Shown: positions 1-11,600 of the stretch, in pieces
Numbering within the stretch: position 1 is the stretch's first letter
Layout of the letters: each line of letters starts with the position of its first letter
From: an uncultured Thermoleophilaceae bacterium
GTDB lineage: Bacteria; Actinomycetota; Thermoleophilia; Solirubrobacterales; Thermoleophilaceae
Reading direction: 5' to 3'
Assembly (NCBI GenBank): GCA_963757815.1
Contig: CAVWSN010000002.1
Span: 1 to 39,200 of the forward strand
DNA length: 39,200 nucleotides
Notes under the pieces: generated by a model
The model's database searches: none
Told to the model about the DNA's origin: nothing
Seen by the model: the letters and a program-made list of their open reading frames with translations, nothing else
Position numbers and translations under genes: made by a program

Positions 1-10
1 CTCCTGGCGG

Positions 11-645
11 TCAAAGCCAGGACGCGTCCTCCAGATCGACTACCAAGGCCGAGCGGTCGCTCAAACCGCGGCGGCGCCAGTCGTGCGCGTAGGGCGCTTG
101 CGACAGGGCGCAGTCCTTCCACGAGCACGTGGTCGAGGCGCCACCCGCCGCGGTCGCCGGGAAACGTCCAGCTCACCTCGCGCTCGCCGTAGCCGTGTAG
201 TGCGCGGAAGGCGTCCACCCAGCCGGCTTGGCGCAGCCAGTGGACGAGCGCCTTCTCCGCGTGTACCAGCGCTCGCCGCGGGCCGGCCGCAAGCGGCCGG
301 CGCTGTTGCGCGCGAAGGTGAGCCCCCCGCCGTCGGGCGGCTCACGGCTGGACGTGTTCAGGTCTCCGCAGAGGAGACAGGCGGATCGCCGCCGACGAGA
401 TAGGCGGCCAGCACGCCGCGGTCAGCACGTCGAGCGGCCGGTCCCCCGGCGGGACGGTAGCGCGTCGTCGAGCGCCGTCTCTCATCCCGCGAATCCCATC
501 TCGCCGAGCGCCGCTCGCCACAGCGGCGCGCTCCGCCTGGTCACCTCCTGCAGAGCGATCAGTAAGTCCCGCCGCCAGGCCCTCGGCCTGCTCCCGCTGG
601 CGCGTGACCGCCCGGCCAGGTCCAGGTCACGAGACGCAACGCACC
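11..645 (-). pseudogene. Endonuclease/exonuclease/phosphatase (exodeoxyribonuclease III-like) gene, apparently disrupted by several frameshifts
   Basis: Minus-strand translation shows EEP hallmarks spread across different frames. N-terminal RLVTW, then DLLIALQEV (QETK-like motif), then WVDAFRALHG..WTFPGDRGGWRLDHVLV, then a C-terminal SDRSALVVDLE tail. Stop falls near 11-13. No single open frame spans it. Confidence 0.35.
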
Positions 646-1144
646 GTCACGTGTGGCGACGACCCCAATATTTGTGGTCGATCCTCCTTTCGTGACACGG
701 ACGCGGGTATCCGTTCTTACCGACGATCGGGCGATCCAGCAACGCGGCTCGAGTCGCCCTACCGTTACGCCCCCGCGGCGTCAGGTCGCGGGCCGGATTT
801 TCGCCTCGGATTGGGAGCCAGTAAAGGCGTTGAACGCGATGATCACGGCCATGCCAAGCACGGGCAGCAAGGCGCCCAGAAATGCGCCGACCGCGAGCCA
901 CCCCAGGGCGAGCTGAAAGCGTCTGCTGATGGCTGTCGCGCCGGCAGAGTCGAGGGCCTCGCTGAGCAGCCGTGACGGCAGGCGTACTTCACAAGCTTTG
1001 CCGGATGTCAACCAAAAGTGCGGCGGTTCAATGGCTTCTAGCGAATCGACGCGTTGCTGAAGCACGAGCTGATCGTCGAAGCCGGCGTCAACGATTCACG
1101 GCGGGCGCCCGCCCACGTCGCTGACCTTCAACGACGGCTCGGGT

Positions 1145-2098
1145 GTGGTTCTGTCCGCCGACCTCGGCGCCACGCATTCGCGCTTGGCGGTCAGCGACCT
1201 CGGCGGCGGACAGCTGGCGGAGATCGGGATCGACCTCGACATCGCGGAGGGACCGGACGCCGTCCTCGGCATCGTTCACGAGAAGTTCGGCCGCCTGCTC
1301 CAGGACGTCGGCCGCGGGGTCGACGAGGTACGTGGCGTCGGCCTGGGCGTCCCGGGGCCCGTGGCCTTCGACCGGGGCGAGCCGACCAGTCCGCCGATCA
1401 TGCCGGGCTGGGACGGCTTCTCCATCCCGGACTGGTTTGCCGCGCGCTACGGCGTGCCCGTGCTGGTGGACAACGACGTGAACATCATGGCTCAGGGCGA
1501 GCACTGGACGCACTGGCGCGAGTGCGGCCATCTCCTCTTCATCAAGGTGGGAACGGGCATCGGCTGCGGCATCGTGGCCGAGGGGCACATCCATCGTGGT
1601 GCCAAGGGCGCGGCGGGCGACATCGGCCACATTCGCCTCGCCGGGCACGATGTGGTGTGCCGCTGCGGCAACGTCGGCTGCCTCGAGGCGGTGTCGGGCG
1701 GTGCGGCGCTCGCGCGCCGGCTCTCCGAGCAGGGGATCGAGGCGCATACCAGCCGCGACGTGGTGCGCCTGGTCAAGGCCGGCGACGGGACCGCCACCCA
1801 ACTCGTCCGCGAGGCCGGCCGCAACCTCGGCGACGTCCTCGCGGGATGCGTGAACTTCTTCAACCCCGAGGTAATCGTTATCGGCGGCGACGTCAGCCAG
1901 GCGTCGCACCAGCTGCTCGCGGGCGTGCGCGAGGTGATCTTTCAGCGCTCGCTGCCACTGGCCACCGAGGAGCTGCGCGTCGTGCCGAGCCAGCTCGAGG
2001 ACCGCGCGGGAGTGATAGGAGCGGCGATCATGATGATCGAGCACGTGCTCTCACCGGCGGCGATCGACCGCGCGATCCGGCGCGGCGTCGCGGCCTAG
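1145..2098 (+). CDS. ROK-family protein (sugar kinase / NagC-type regulator)
   Basis: 317-aa intact ORF. N-terminal DLGATHSRLAV ATP-binding motif and central GIGCGIV..GAAGDIGH. ROK Cys/His zinc motif CRCGNVGCLE. GTG start. Confidence 0.8.
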   Translation: MVLSADLGATHSRLAVSDLGGGQLAEIGIDLDIAEGPDAVLGIVHEKFGRLLQDVGRGVDEVRGVGLGVPGPVAFDRGEPTSPPIMPGWDGFSIPDWFAARYGVPVLVDNDVNIMAQGEHWTHWRECGHLLFIKVGTGIGCGIVAEGHIHRGAKGAAGDIGHIRLAGHDVVCRCGNVGCLEAVSGGAALARRLSEQGIEAHTSRDVVRLVKAGDGTATQLVREAGRNLGDVLAGCVNFFNPEVIVIGGDVSQASHQLLAGVREVIFQRSLPLATEELRVVPSQLEDRAGVIGAAIMMIEHVLSPAAIDRAIRRGVAA

Positions 2099-2193
2099 TC
2101 AGGGCCCTCCTCTGGGTGTGTTGGCGCCGGGTCGGTCTCGCGTATTGGCTGGGGAAGAGGGTGTTGTTCGTCGGCCGCGGCTGGCCGGAAGCG

Positions 2194-2213
2194 ATCGAAG
2201 ATCGTTCGGCCGC
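2194..2213. repeat. Direct repeat copy 1 (atcgaagatcgttcggccgc); partner at 2342-2361
   Basis: About 17/20 nt identity to gtcgaagattgttcgccgcc at 2342-2361. The two copies flank a strong hairpin in the ROK-LAL intergenic region. Confidence 0.3.
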
Positions 2214-2238
2214 TGTGCTCGGGGAAGCGCGAGCTTTC

Positions 2239-2271
2239 CTGACTTTGCCCGCCAGGAGCGGGCAAAGTCAG
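2239..2271. terminator. Perfect 14-bp stem / 5-nt loop hairpin, candidate bidirectional intrinsic terminator
   Basis: ctgactttgcccgc-cagga-gcgggcaaagtcag. Sits between the convergent ROK (+) and LAL regulator (-) 3' ends. No U-tract, which is common in high-GC actinobacteria. Confidence 0.4.
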
Positions 2272-2470
2272 CATCGTGGCGCCGGGTCCCGGGTTGGGGC
2301 TGCCCCAGTGCCGATGCAGATTCGACAACATCCAGCAATCAGTCGAAGATTGTTCGCCGCCGAGGACCGCAGCGGCCGCTGTCCCACACACCCTTCCCCA
2401 GCCCTACCCGGTCGGCGGAGACCAACCCGCGGTGCCAAGTCCCGACCGGGAAGCGAGGGGAGGGGGCGGC

Positions 2471-5456
2471 TCAGTCGCGAGCTAAGGGACCTGGTCTAGG
2501 ACTCGTTAACCCGTCAGCCAGCCCGAGGCGGTGCGCGACTGCCGCCGCCTCCGTGCGCGAGCGGACGTCGAGCTTGGCCAGGATTCGCGACACGTGGACA
2601 CTCGCGGTCTTCTCCGCCATGAAGAGCTCGCGGCCGATCTCGCGGTTGGTGGCCCCGCGTGCCACGAGCGCCAGGACCTGACGCTCGCGCGCCGTCAGGC
2701 CGAAGGGGTCGTCCGGTTCCGCGGCCCGGGTGTGCGGCTCGGCGGGGACGTCCAGCCCCAAGCGGGCGCGACTCGCCAGGCCCTCGACCTCGTGGGTCAG
2801 CCATCCGGCGCCCAGCCGGCGCGCCGCCTCGAGCGCCGCGCGGGCGGCCTCCGCCGCCGCGTCACGATCGTCGCGAGCCAGGTGCGCCTCGGCCTCCCGC
2901 CAACGGGCCAGTGCCGCCGGGTAAGGCCGCTCGAGCGCTTCCCATGCCGCCGTCGCGGCCGCCCAAAGCGCGGGATCGTTTGCACCGGATGCGCGGGCCG
3001 CATCGGCCTCGGCTGTGGCGAGGTGCGCGCGCTGGATCGGCCCGCCGTTCTCGGCGGCTGCCCGAAGCTGCTCCAGGAACACGCGGAGCCGCTCGAGCGC
3101 CCGGGCAGCCTCCGGATCGTCGCCGACATCCCGCGCCCGCTGCGCGGCGTCGGCCTCCACCGCCACGCCGGCAGTGGCCAGGTTGCTGCCGAAACGGGCG
3201 AGGTCGTCGGTGCCGTGCTCGAGCCGGGCGAGCAGCCGTCTCGACGGTCTCGCGGGCATCGTCGAGATCGCCCTTACGGCGCAGCAGCTCGGCCTGTAGC
3301 CCGCCGATCGGTGCCAGGAACTGCGGCTCGGTCGAGTCCTCGAGCGTAGGGCGCATGCGCTCCAGCCACTCGGCGGCCTCGGCGTGTTCGCCTCTGCCGA
3401 TCGCCAGCTGGAGGCGGCCCAGCTCGATGACCAGCATCGTGCGGTCGTCGAAGCGGCGGCCCGGCTCCGGCAGCGCTCGGGCCGCCTCCTCCCAGTCGCC
3501 GAGGTCGAATGCGATTTCGCCCATCATGAAGTTGAGCCACTGGTGGGTATTCGGGCTGGTCGCGAGCTCTTCGGCACCCCAGCGCGCCGCCTCGATCGCG
3601 TCGCGGCTCCGGCCTGCGGCGTGCAGCGCATCGGCCAGGTTGACCGCCGCCGCGTCGATCTCCAGCGGGTCGCCGCGCTCGACAGCGATCTCGCCCGCCC
3701 GCCTGAGTGCGGCCGTCCCCTCTTCGATCTCGCCCAGCGGAATCAGCGCCGTCCCGAGCACGTTGAGCGCAACGCCGAGCGAGGCGGCGTCGCCGCATGC
3801 CTCCGCCACGCCCTGTGCCTCGCGCGCCTGCTCGACGGCCTCGCGCAGGCGCCCCTGGAACATCTGGCCTCGCGCCCACATGCCCAGGAGAGCGGCGCGC
3901 TCGGGCGAGTCCTCACCGGGAGGCAGCAGCCGGAGGCCGGCGCGCAGGGTGTCGAGCGCCTCGTCGGCGCGGTTGAGGTGCCACTGGAAGCGAGCCAGGC
4001 GCGCCATCATCCTCGCCGCCTTTCGCGGCTCGGCCGTCTCGTCGACGTCCTCGAGCGCGGCGCGCAGGAGCGCCTCCGCCCGGCTGCGCCGGCCCCCGAG
4101 GTTGTGGACCTCGGCCGCACGCCACATCAGGTCGCCGCGCTCGAGCCCGGCCACGGCCTCGGCGTTCGGAACCTGGTCCCACAGCTCGAGGGCCCGCTCG
4201 AGCAGCGCAGCCGCCTCGCTCGGGGCGCGTACCGCCTCTGCCGCGTCCGCCGCATGCATGCTCGCCGCGAGCGCAGCGGTGTGGTCGCCGGCCGCGAGGC
4301 GGTGGGAGGCGATCGCGGTGCTGATCGCGACGCTCGTGTCGCCGGCCGCCGACCGCCGCTCGAGGGCCTCGGCCAGCGCGCGGTGGAGCTCGATCCTCTC
4401 GCCCGGCAGCAGGTCGTCCTGCACCACTTCCCGCAGGAGCGCGTGACGGAACGCCAGCCTGCCGTCGGCGTCCACGACCGCGAGATGATTGGCGACCGCA
4501 GTGCGCAGGCACTCCTGGAGCTCGCGCGCGTCCAGCCCCGCGACCTCGGCCAGCAGGTCGTGGTCGAGCCGGCCACCGACCGCGAGCACGCGCAGGAGCC
4601 CCTGCGCGCGGTCAGGAAGCCGCTCGATCCGGAGCATCAGCGCGTCGCGCAGCGTCCGGGGGAGGGCGCCGCGGCCGTCGAGGCCCGCAGCCAAGAGCTC
4701 CTCCATGAACAGCGGGTTGCCCTCCGAGCGCGCGTAGAGGCGTTCCACCAGCTCGGCTGCCGGCGGGGCGCCGAGAATGTCGCCCAGCGCGCCGGCCAGC
4801 TCGTCACGCGTCAGCGGCGCGAGCTCGACGCGGCGCACGCGCGTATCGCGCTCAAGCTCGGCAAGCAGGGGGCGGAGCGGATGGCGGCGGTGCAACTCGT
4901 CGAGCCGGTACGAGGCCACGACCAGCACGCGTTCGTCGAAGAGGCTCCGCGCCAGGTAGGCGAGGAACGCCCGGGTCGAGCTGTCGGCCCAGTGGATGTC
5001 CTCCAGCACGAGCAGGACGGGGGCGCGCTCGCCCAGGTCGTGCAGCAGCGCGAGGACGGCCTCGAACAGTCGACCCTGGGCGCCTGTGTCGCGGCTGGGG
5101 GCGGGCCCCTCGCCCAACGCCGGCATGAGGGGAGTGAGCTCGGCGCGCGTGGCGGTGGGGAGGGCCTCGAGCGCTGCGTCACCGTCCCGCGCCAGCGGCC
5201 GAAGCGCCGTCAGGAGCGGAGCGTAGGGAAGCTCGCCGTCGCCGAGGTCGACGCACTCGCCGGAGAGCGTGTGGCCACCGCTTTCAGCGGCGCGCGCGAC
5301 AAGCTCGGCCACCAGCCGGGTCTTGCCCACCCCGGAGTCGCCTGCCACGAGCGCGAGGGAGGGGGCGCCCGATTCGGCGTCCGCGAACGCCGCCTCGAGC
5401 TCGGCCAACTCTGCCTCGCGACCGACCAAGCGGGAACTCGTGACCCGAGTGGCCAT
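2471..5456 (-). CDS. Large ATP-binding LuxR-family (LAL/MalT-like STAND) transcriptional regulator; one frame disruption near 3235
   Basis: N-terminal Walker A (AGDSGVGKT), DIHWAD Walker B-like motif, long TPR-like helical middle, C-terminal GerE/LuxR HTH ([43 protein letters not shown]). The 864-aa and 262-aa ORFs join across a 1-nt shift: ...ARETVETAA|RLLARLEHG... Confidence 0.75.
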
Positions 5457-5512
5457 GCCCCGCAGTATGGCGGCGGGCTACTTCCCAAAGAGCTCGCGGC
5501 CAGGGGGGACGC

Positions 5513-8500
5513 TCACGGCCCGGCCTCGACAAGGCTCGTCGGCACCTCCAGCACGCGGTCGATGGTCGCGCCCTGGTAGTCGGCCGGCAGGCGCTCATCC
5601 CGTCGCGCTCCGGCCCGTCACGCGGAGCACGGTGAGCTTGGCGGGCGTGATGTCCCCGTTGCCGTCGAAGCGGAAGGTGCCCAGGATGCCGTCTTTCACC
5701 GCGACTCGCCCGCAGCTCCCGGAGCACCGCGGCCCGCGTCCCGTCGGAGCGGGCGATCGCCGTCAGGACCACCTCCGCGGCCTGCGCGGCATGGAGCACA
5801 TAACGCTCATCGGCAGCCGATCCGAGGTCGGCCGCGATGCGCCTGGCGGCAGGTGTGAGCCCGGGCCCGCCGGCCAGCAGATCCGGCGTCATCGCGTACA
5901 GGCCGCGGGCGGCGCGGCCGGCTCTCTCGAGCACGTCGGGGATCGGGGAGAGCCCGCTGGTCGCCATGATCGGCACGCGCGGGCCGAGGCGGGCGCGCAG
6001 GGCCTTCAGCACGCGGTCGCCGCCGCCGTCGTCCACGAAGGCGCCGAGCATGACGCCCTGCGCGTCCGACCGCGCGACCTCGTTCGCGAGCGCCTCGAAG
6101 CTCTTCGCCCCCGGGTCGAAAGCCTTCGCGCCGGCGATCGTCAGGCCGACCCGTTCGGCCGTCCGGGGGACGGAGTCGGTCAACAGCGTATCCCACAAGA
6201 CCCCGTCGTGGATCAGATAGACGCTCTTGAGGCCGAGCTGCGTTGCGAGCATGGCCAGCGCCGCACCCTCGAGGTCGTCGGTGGGTGACAGCCTGGCGTA
6301 GTTGCGCTCGCCGGTCGGGTAGAAGATCTCCGGCGCGTCCGGCGCGAAGCCTTGCTTCGTCAGATGGGGATGCGAGTTCGAGGGACTGACCATCGCCAAT
6401 GGGCCACCCGGCGCCCGGTTGAGAGTCGGGATCTCGACCTCCGCGCAACCCGAGCTGTACGGGCCGATCACCGCCACGAGCTTCTCCGCGCGCGCGTAGG
6501 CGTTCGCGTTGGCGGCGCACCTGCGGAGCTCGAAGCTGCCGCTCTGTGACGTGGAGTCGTCACACGACGCGTAGCCGACCGAGTGTTTGCCTGCCCTGAA
6601 GCCGTGCCGCTCGATCACCGACCGGATCGCGTCGGCCATCGCGCGCGGCCGCCGTACTGTCGGGGCCCTGGAGCGGGAGGTCGGAGGCCACCAGCAGGTC
6701 CGGGCTGCCGCCGCCCGCGAGCGACCTCGCCGCAGGCGAAGGCGGGAAGGGCGCCCGCCTCCGCCGCCCCCGCGACGCTCACCCACGCGGATCCCTCGCC
6801 TGCCGCGAGCGCCCTGGGAGTTCCGACCGCCATCCTCGCCGTGACAGCGTTCGTGCGCGGATCGATCCGCGAGACCGTGCCGTCGATGTAGTTGGCAGCC
6901 CAGACCGCCCCTTCTCCGAACGCGATGTAGCCAACGCCCACCCCGACCTCGATCGGCTTGGGTATGGGTCGCGGCCCCGGCTCGATCCGCCAAACGAGGC
7001 CCTCGTCCTCCGCCGTTGCCCAGACGGAACCGGCGCCGACCGCGATCGCGGGCAGTGCGTTGGCGCCGATCGGGATCGTCTGGGCGACGCGGTTCGTGCG
7101 CGGGTCGATGCGCTTGATCGCAGGCCGCTCCCAGGGTACGAACCACACGCCCTCCTCGCCCGCGGCCACGGTGGCGGCGGAGACGTCGATAGTCGCGACG
7201 AGCTCGCCCGGTCTCGGGATCGATGCGGGAGATGCTGGCGTCCGGGTTGCGCGCCCAGACGGCGCCGGCTCCGACGGCGATCTGCGGGTACCCCGTGTTC
7301 GGAGCGCCGGTGATGCCGCCGCCGCTCGTGTCGGGCAGCTTCAGGGTTCGCGTCACTTTCTCAGTACCCGGGTCGACCCGGGAGATGCTGACCGTGGTGG
7401 TGAAGTAGCGGCCGCCGCCGTTCCCGACCCAGAGCGCTCCCGCACCGACGGCCAGCTGGCTGGGCGTCCCGGGCGTCTTGACGCTTCCGGTGATCTCCTT
7501 CGTCTGCGGGTCGATGCGCGAGATCGCGTCCTCCCCGTCCTGCAGGGCCCAGACGGCGCCCTCCCCCGCGGCCACGTTCCCCGGCAGCGCCTCGGACTCT
7601 GTGAGCGACGCGACCTTGCCCGTCGCGGGATCGATCGCGGCGACCCCCGTCCCGAGCGGCTCAGTCCGAGCATCCTCAGCAGTCGTGAGCGCCACGATGG
7701 CCGCGGCGATCGCCGCCCCGAGCATCAGCAGGCCGGCTGCGAGGACGGCGCGGCCACGCCGGCGAAGCCCGCGGCGGCCCGAGCTGCCGGCGCGGCGGCC
7801 CGGGGAGGCGCGAGTCCAAGCGCCTCGGCCGCCGCGTCGATGAGCTCGCCGCAGCTTCGTAGCGGTCCTCGCGGTCTTTGGCGAGCGCCTTGCGCAGCAC
7901 CGGATCGAGCCGCGGGTAGCCCGCGCAGCGGGGCCGGCTGCTCCTGCATGTGCGCCCACAGTGATCTCGGCCTCGGTCGTGCGCCGGAACGGCGGCGCGC
8001 CGGCCAGGCACTCGTAGAGCACGCAGCCCAGCGCGTAGACGTCGGTGCGGCCGTCGACCGGGTCGCCGCGGATCTGCTCGGGCGCCAGGTAGTCGAGCGT
8101 GCCGACGACCCGGCCGGTGTCGGTCGAGTCGCCGCCGACCTGCTTGGTGATGCCGAAGTCCGTCAGGTAGGCGTGGCCGTCCTCGTCGAGCAGCACGTTG
8201 GCGGGCTTCACGTCGCGATGCACGAGCGCGCGCCGGTGCGCGGCGTCGAGCGCGCCCGGCGACCTGGGCCAGCACCGCCAGCGTCCGCTGCGGCGCAGCT
8301 TCCCCTCGCGCTCGAGGATCGCTCTGCAGGTCGCTGCCCTCGACGAACCGCATCGCCAGGTAGAGCTGGCCGTCGTGCTCGCCCGCCTCGTAGATCGGGA
8401 TCACGTTCGGGTGGTCAAGCGACGCCGCCAGGCGCGGCTCGCGCAGGAAGCGGGCCCGGAAGCGCTCGTCCTCGGCCAGCTCCGGCGCGACCAGCTTCAG

Positions 8501-8612
8501 CGCCACCGGCCGCTCCAGCGACAGGTCCGTCGCGCGGTAGACGACACCCATCCCGCCGCGGCCGACCAGCGACTCCACCCGATAGCCGGCAAAGATCGTG
8601 CCCGGTCTTCAT
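5513..8612 (-). pseudogene. Receptor Ser/Thr protein kinase copy A (STPK, TM helix, beta-propeller repeats, LivK-type PBP1 domain); at least 6 frame disruptions
   Basis: Kinase motifs [37 protein letters not shown] helix [21 protein letters not shown]. Repeated G.GAVWV.N...SRIDP.T blades. Leu/Ile/Val-binding-protein-like domain ([17 protein letters not shown]...IMATSGL). Pieces lie in at least 5 different ORF frames. ATG at 8612 overlaps the stop of copy B (TGACCATG). Confidence 0.7.
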
Positions 8613-8614
8613 GG

Positions 8615-11600
8615 TCAGCCCGACAGGCTCTTCGGCACGGTCATGACGCGGTCGACGACGGATCCGCGGAACCACTCGAACACACGAGCATCGGGCGGCG
8701 CGTGGCCACTCACGCGGAAGATCGCGATCTGGGCGGGAGTGATGTCCCCGTGGCGGTCGAGCCGGAAGTCGCCCAGGACGCCGTCCTCCACCTCGACGGT
8801 GCGAAGCTCCTGGAGCACCGATGCTCGCGTCCCGTCGGAGCGTGCGATCGCGTCCAGCACGACCTCGGTCGCCTGCGCCGCCGTCAGAACACCCTGGACC
8901 GGGTCGTCAAACGTCCCGAAGTCGCGCGCAAAGCTCCGCCCCGCGGGGCTCCCCTCGCGGGCGCTGGGTGGGACGTCCAGGGAGCTCATGTAGAGACCGT
9001 GCGCGGCCGGCCCGGCCAGCGTCGAGCAGGTCGGGCACGTCGCCGAGCGGCTCGGTGGCCATGATCACCGCACTCTGGCCCAGGCGGGCGCGCAGCGCCT
9101 TCACCAGCCGAGCCGCCACCTCCGCGCCGGCAAAGCCACCCATGAAGACGCCCTGCGCGCCGGAGCGAGCGACCCTCTGCGCGAGCGCGTCGTAGCTCTT
9201 CGCCTCGGGATCGAAGGCCTCGGAGCCGGCGACTCCGACACCCAGGCGACCGGCGGCCCTGCTGAACGGGTCCGTGTAAGTGATCCTCGGGCTCCCTCCG
9301 ATCCCATCCTGCTCGTGGAGCAGGAAGACGCGCCTCAGCCCGAGCTCCTTGGCGAGCATGGCCTGCGCCACGCCCTGGAGGTCCTCGCGAGGGACGACCC
9401 GGGCGAAGTTGCGCACGCCCGTCGGGTAGTAGATGCCTGGCTCTCTTATGCCGGGGCCCCCGACCTCGTCGAGCCGGCCGCCGCGGGTGAGCCCCGAGTG
9501 GGTCGCGATCGGGCTGACGATCGCCAGTGGGCCGCCAGGGGCCCGGTTCAGAATCGGGATCTGAACCGAGCCGCAGTACGAGGAATAGGGCCCGATCACG
9601 GCCACGAGCTGCTCCGCGCGGGCGAAGGCGGACGCGTTTGCCGCGCACTTGCGAAACTCGAAGCCGCCGGTCTGCGGGGTGGAGGGGTCGCAGGACTGGT
9701 AGCCGACCGTGTAGTCGCCGGCCCTGAATCCGCGCCGCTCGAGGGCGAAGCGGATCGCGCCCTCGATCGCTCGTGCGTCGCCGCTGACGGGACCCTGCAG
9801 CGGGAAGTCCGAGGCGATCAGGACGTCCGGGGTCCCACCGCCCGGAGGCGACCTCGCCGCAGCCCGCTGCGGTCAGGGCTCCCTCGGTCGTCCCGCCCGC
9901 CACGCTTACCCAGGCCGCGCCGGCGCCGGCGGCCAGAGCCTGTGGGGTTCCGATCGACGTCCTCGAGCTCACGTTGTTCGTGCGCGGATCGATCCGGGAG
10001 ACCGCGCCGTCGACGTAGTTGCCCGTCCAGGCCGCCCCCTCGCCGAAGGCGACGAGGCTCACGCCCTTCCCGACGTCGATCGACCTCGTGATCGGCCGCG
10101 GCCCGGGCTCGATCCGCCAGACGAGGCCCTCGCCCTCCGCGGCCGCCCACACCGAGCCGGCCCCGACTGCCACCCCCAGCAGGCCGGTCGCGGCGATCGG
10201 AATCGTCTCCGCCACACGATTCGTGCGCGGGTCGATCCGTCGGACCGCCGGCGGATCTCGTCAAGCGCGAGGAACCAGACTCCCTCCTCGGCCGGCGGCG
10301 ATCGTCCACGCGCCGAACTGGGATCTCGATCGTCGCGACGAGCCGTCCGCTCTCGGGATCGATGCGCGACACGCTCCCGTCGGGGTTGGCCGCCCAGACC
10401 GCACCGGCGCCCACGGCGATCCGGGGCGCGCCCGCCACCGGGTACACGCCCTCGTCGCCTCGGAGCCGCACGGTTCGCGTGACCCGGCCCGAGTCGGGAT
10501 CGAGCCGGGAGACGCTGACCGTGGCGTTGCTGAAATCTCCGCCGCCCGCGTTCCCGATCCATAGCGCACCCTCGCCGGCCGCGAGCTCACTCGGCACGCC
10601 GGGGGTGTCGAACGTCTCCGTGACCTCCTTCGTCTCCGGGTCGATGCGAGAGACGGTCCGCTCCTCGTTGTTCAGCGCCCAGACCGCGCCCTCGCCCACC
10701 GCGACGTTGCCCGGCGGCGTTCGCGACTCGGTGAAGGACGTAACGTCACCGTCCGCGGGGTCGATCGCGGCAACTCCGTTACCGATCGGCTCGGTTGGGC
10801 TGTCGTCACCGCCGGTGAGGGCGACGACCGCCAGCCGCGATGACTGCGGCCAGCAGGAACAGGCCGGCGGCCAGCAGGCGCGCGGCCTCGGCGCCGTAGT
10901 CTGGCTGGTGCGAGCGGGCGCCGGGGTGCCTGTAGTCCGAGCGCCGGCGCGGCGGCGTCGATCAGCTCGGCGCAGGTCTTGAAGCGGTCTTCGCGGTCTT
11001 TGGCGAGCGCCTTGCGGAGCACCGGGTCGAGCCGCGGGTAGCCGCGCAGCGGGGCCGGTTGCTCCTGCATGTGCGCCCACAGGATCTCGGCCTCGGTCGT
11101 GCGCCGGAACGGCGGCGCGCCGGCCAGGCACTCGTAGAGAACGCAGCCCAGCGCGTAGACGTCGGTGCGGCCGTCGACGGGGTCGCCGCGGATCTGCTCG
11201 GGCGCCAGGTAGTCGAGCGTGCCGACGACACGGCCGGTGTCGGTCGAGTCGCCACCGACCTGCTTGGTGATGCCGAAGTCGGTCAGGTAGGCGTGGCCGT
11301 CCTCGTCGAGCAGCACGTTGGCGGGCTTCACGTCGCGATGCACGAGCGCGCGCCGGTGCGCGGCGTCGAGCGCCCCGGCGACCTGGGCCAGCACCGCCAG
11401 CGCCCGCTGCGGCGGCAGCTTCCCCTCGCGCTCCAGGATCGTTCGCAGGTCGCTGCCCTCGACGAACCGCATCGCCAGGTAGAGCTGGCCGTCGTGCTCG
11501 CCCGCCTCGTAGATCGGGATCACGTTGCGGGTGGTCGAGCGACGCCGCCAGCCGCGGCTCGCGCAGGAAGCGGTCCCGGAAGCGCTCGTCCTCGGCCAGC

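Noticed and set aside
781-1065. 94-aa minus-strand ORF with one hydrophobic helix
   Set aside because: It could be a small membrane protein. It has no start/RBS support and lies in a region riddled with frame ambiguity, so it was not called.
1054-2499. 481-aa ORF overlapping the ROK gene
   Set aside because: Extremely Arg/Gly/Pro-rich low-complexity translation in an alternative frame of the ROK gene. A typical high-GC spurious ORF.
2659-5579. Long plus-strand ORFs (595 aa and 731 aa) antisense to the LAL regulator
   Set aside because: Arg/Ala/Ser-rich junk composition, and fully antisense to a gene with clear Walker A / TPR / LuxR motifs.
5284-8223. 979-aa ORF taken at face value as one protein
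   Set aside because: It is a chimera of kinase, propeller and PBP segments interleaved with junk, caused by multiple frame shifts. The real gene model runs 5513-8612 across several frames.
8598-8993. 131-aa plus-strand ORF across the copy A / copy B junction
   Set aside because: Antisense to the PBP domain of kinase copy B. Ser/Thr/Arg-rich composition.
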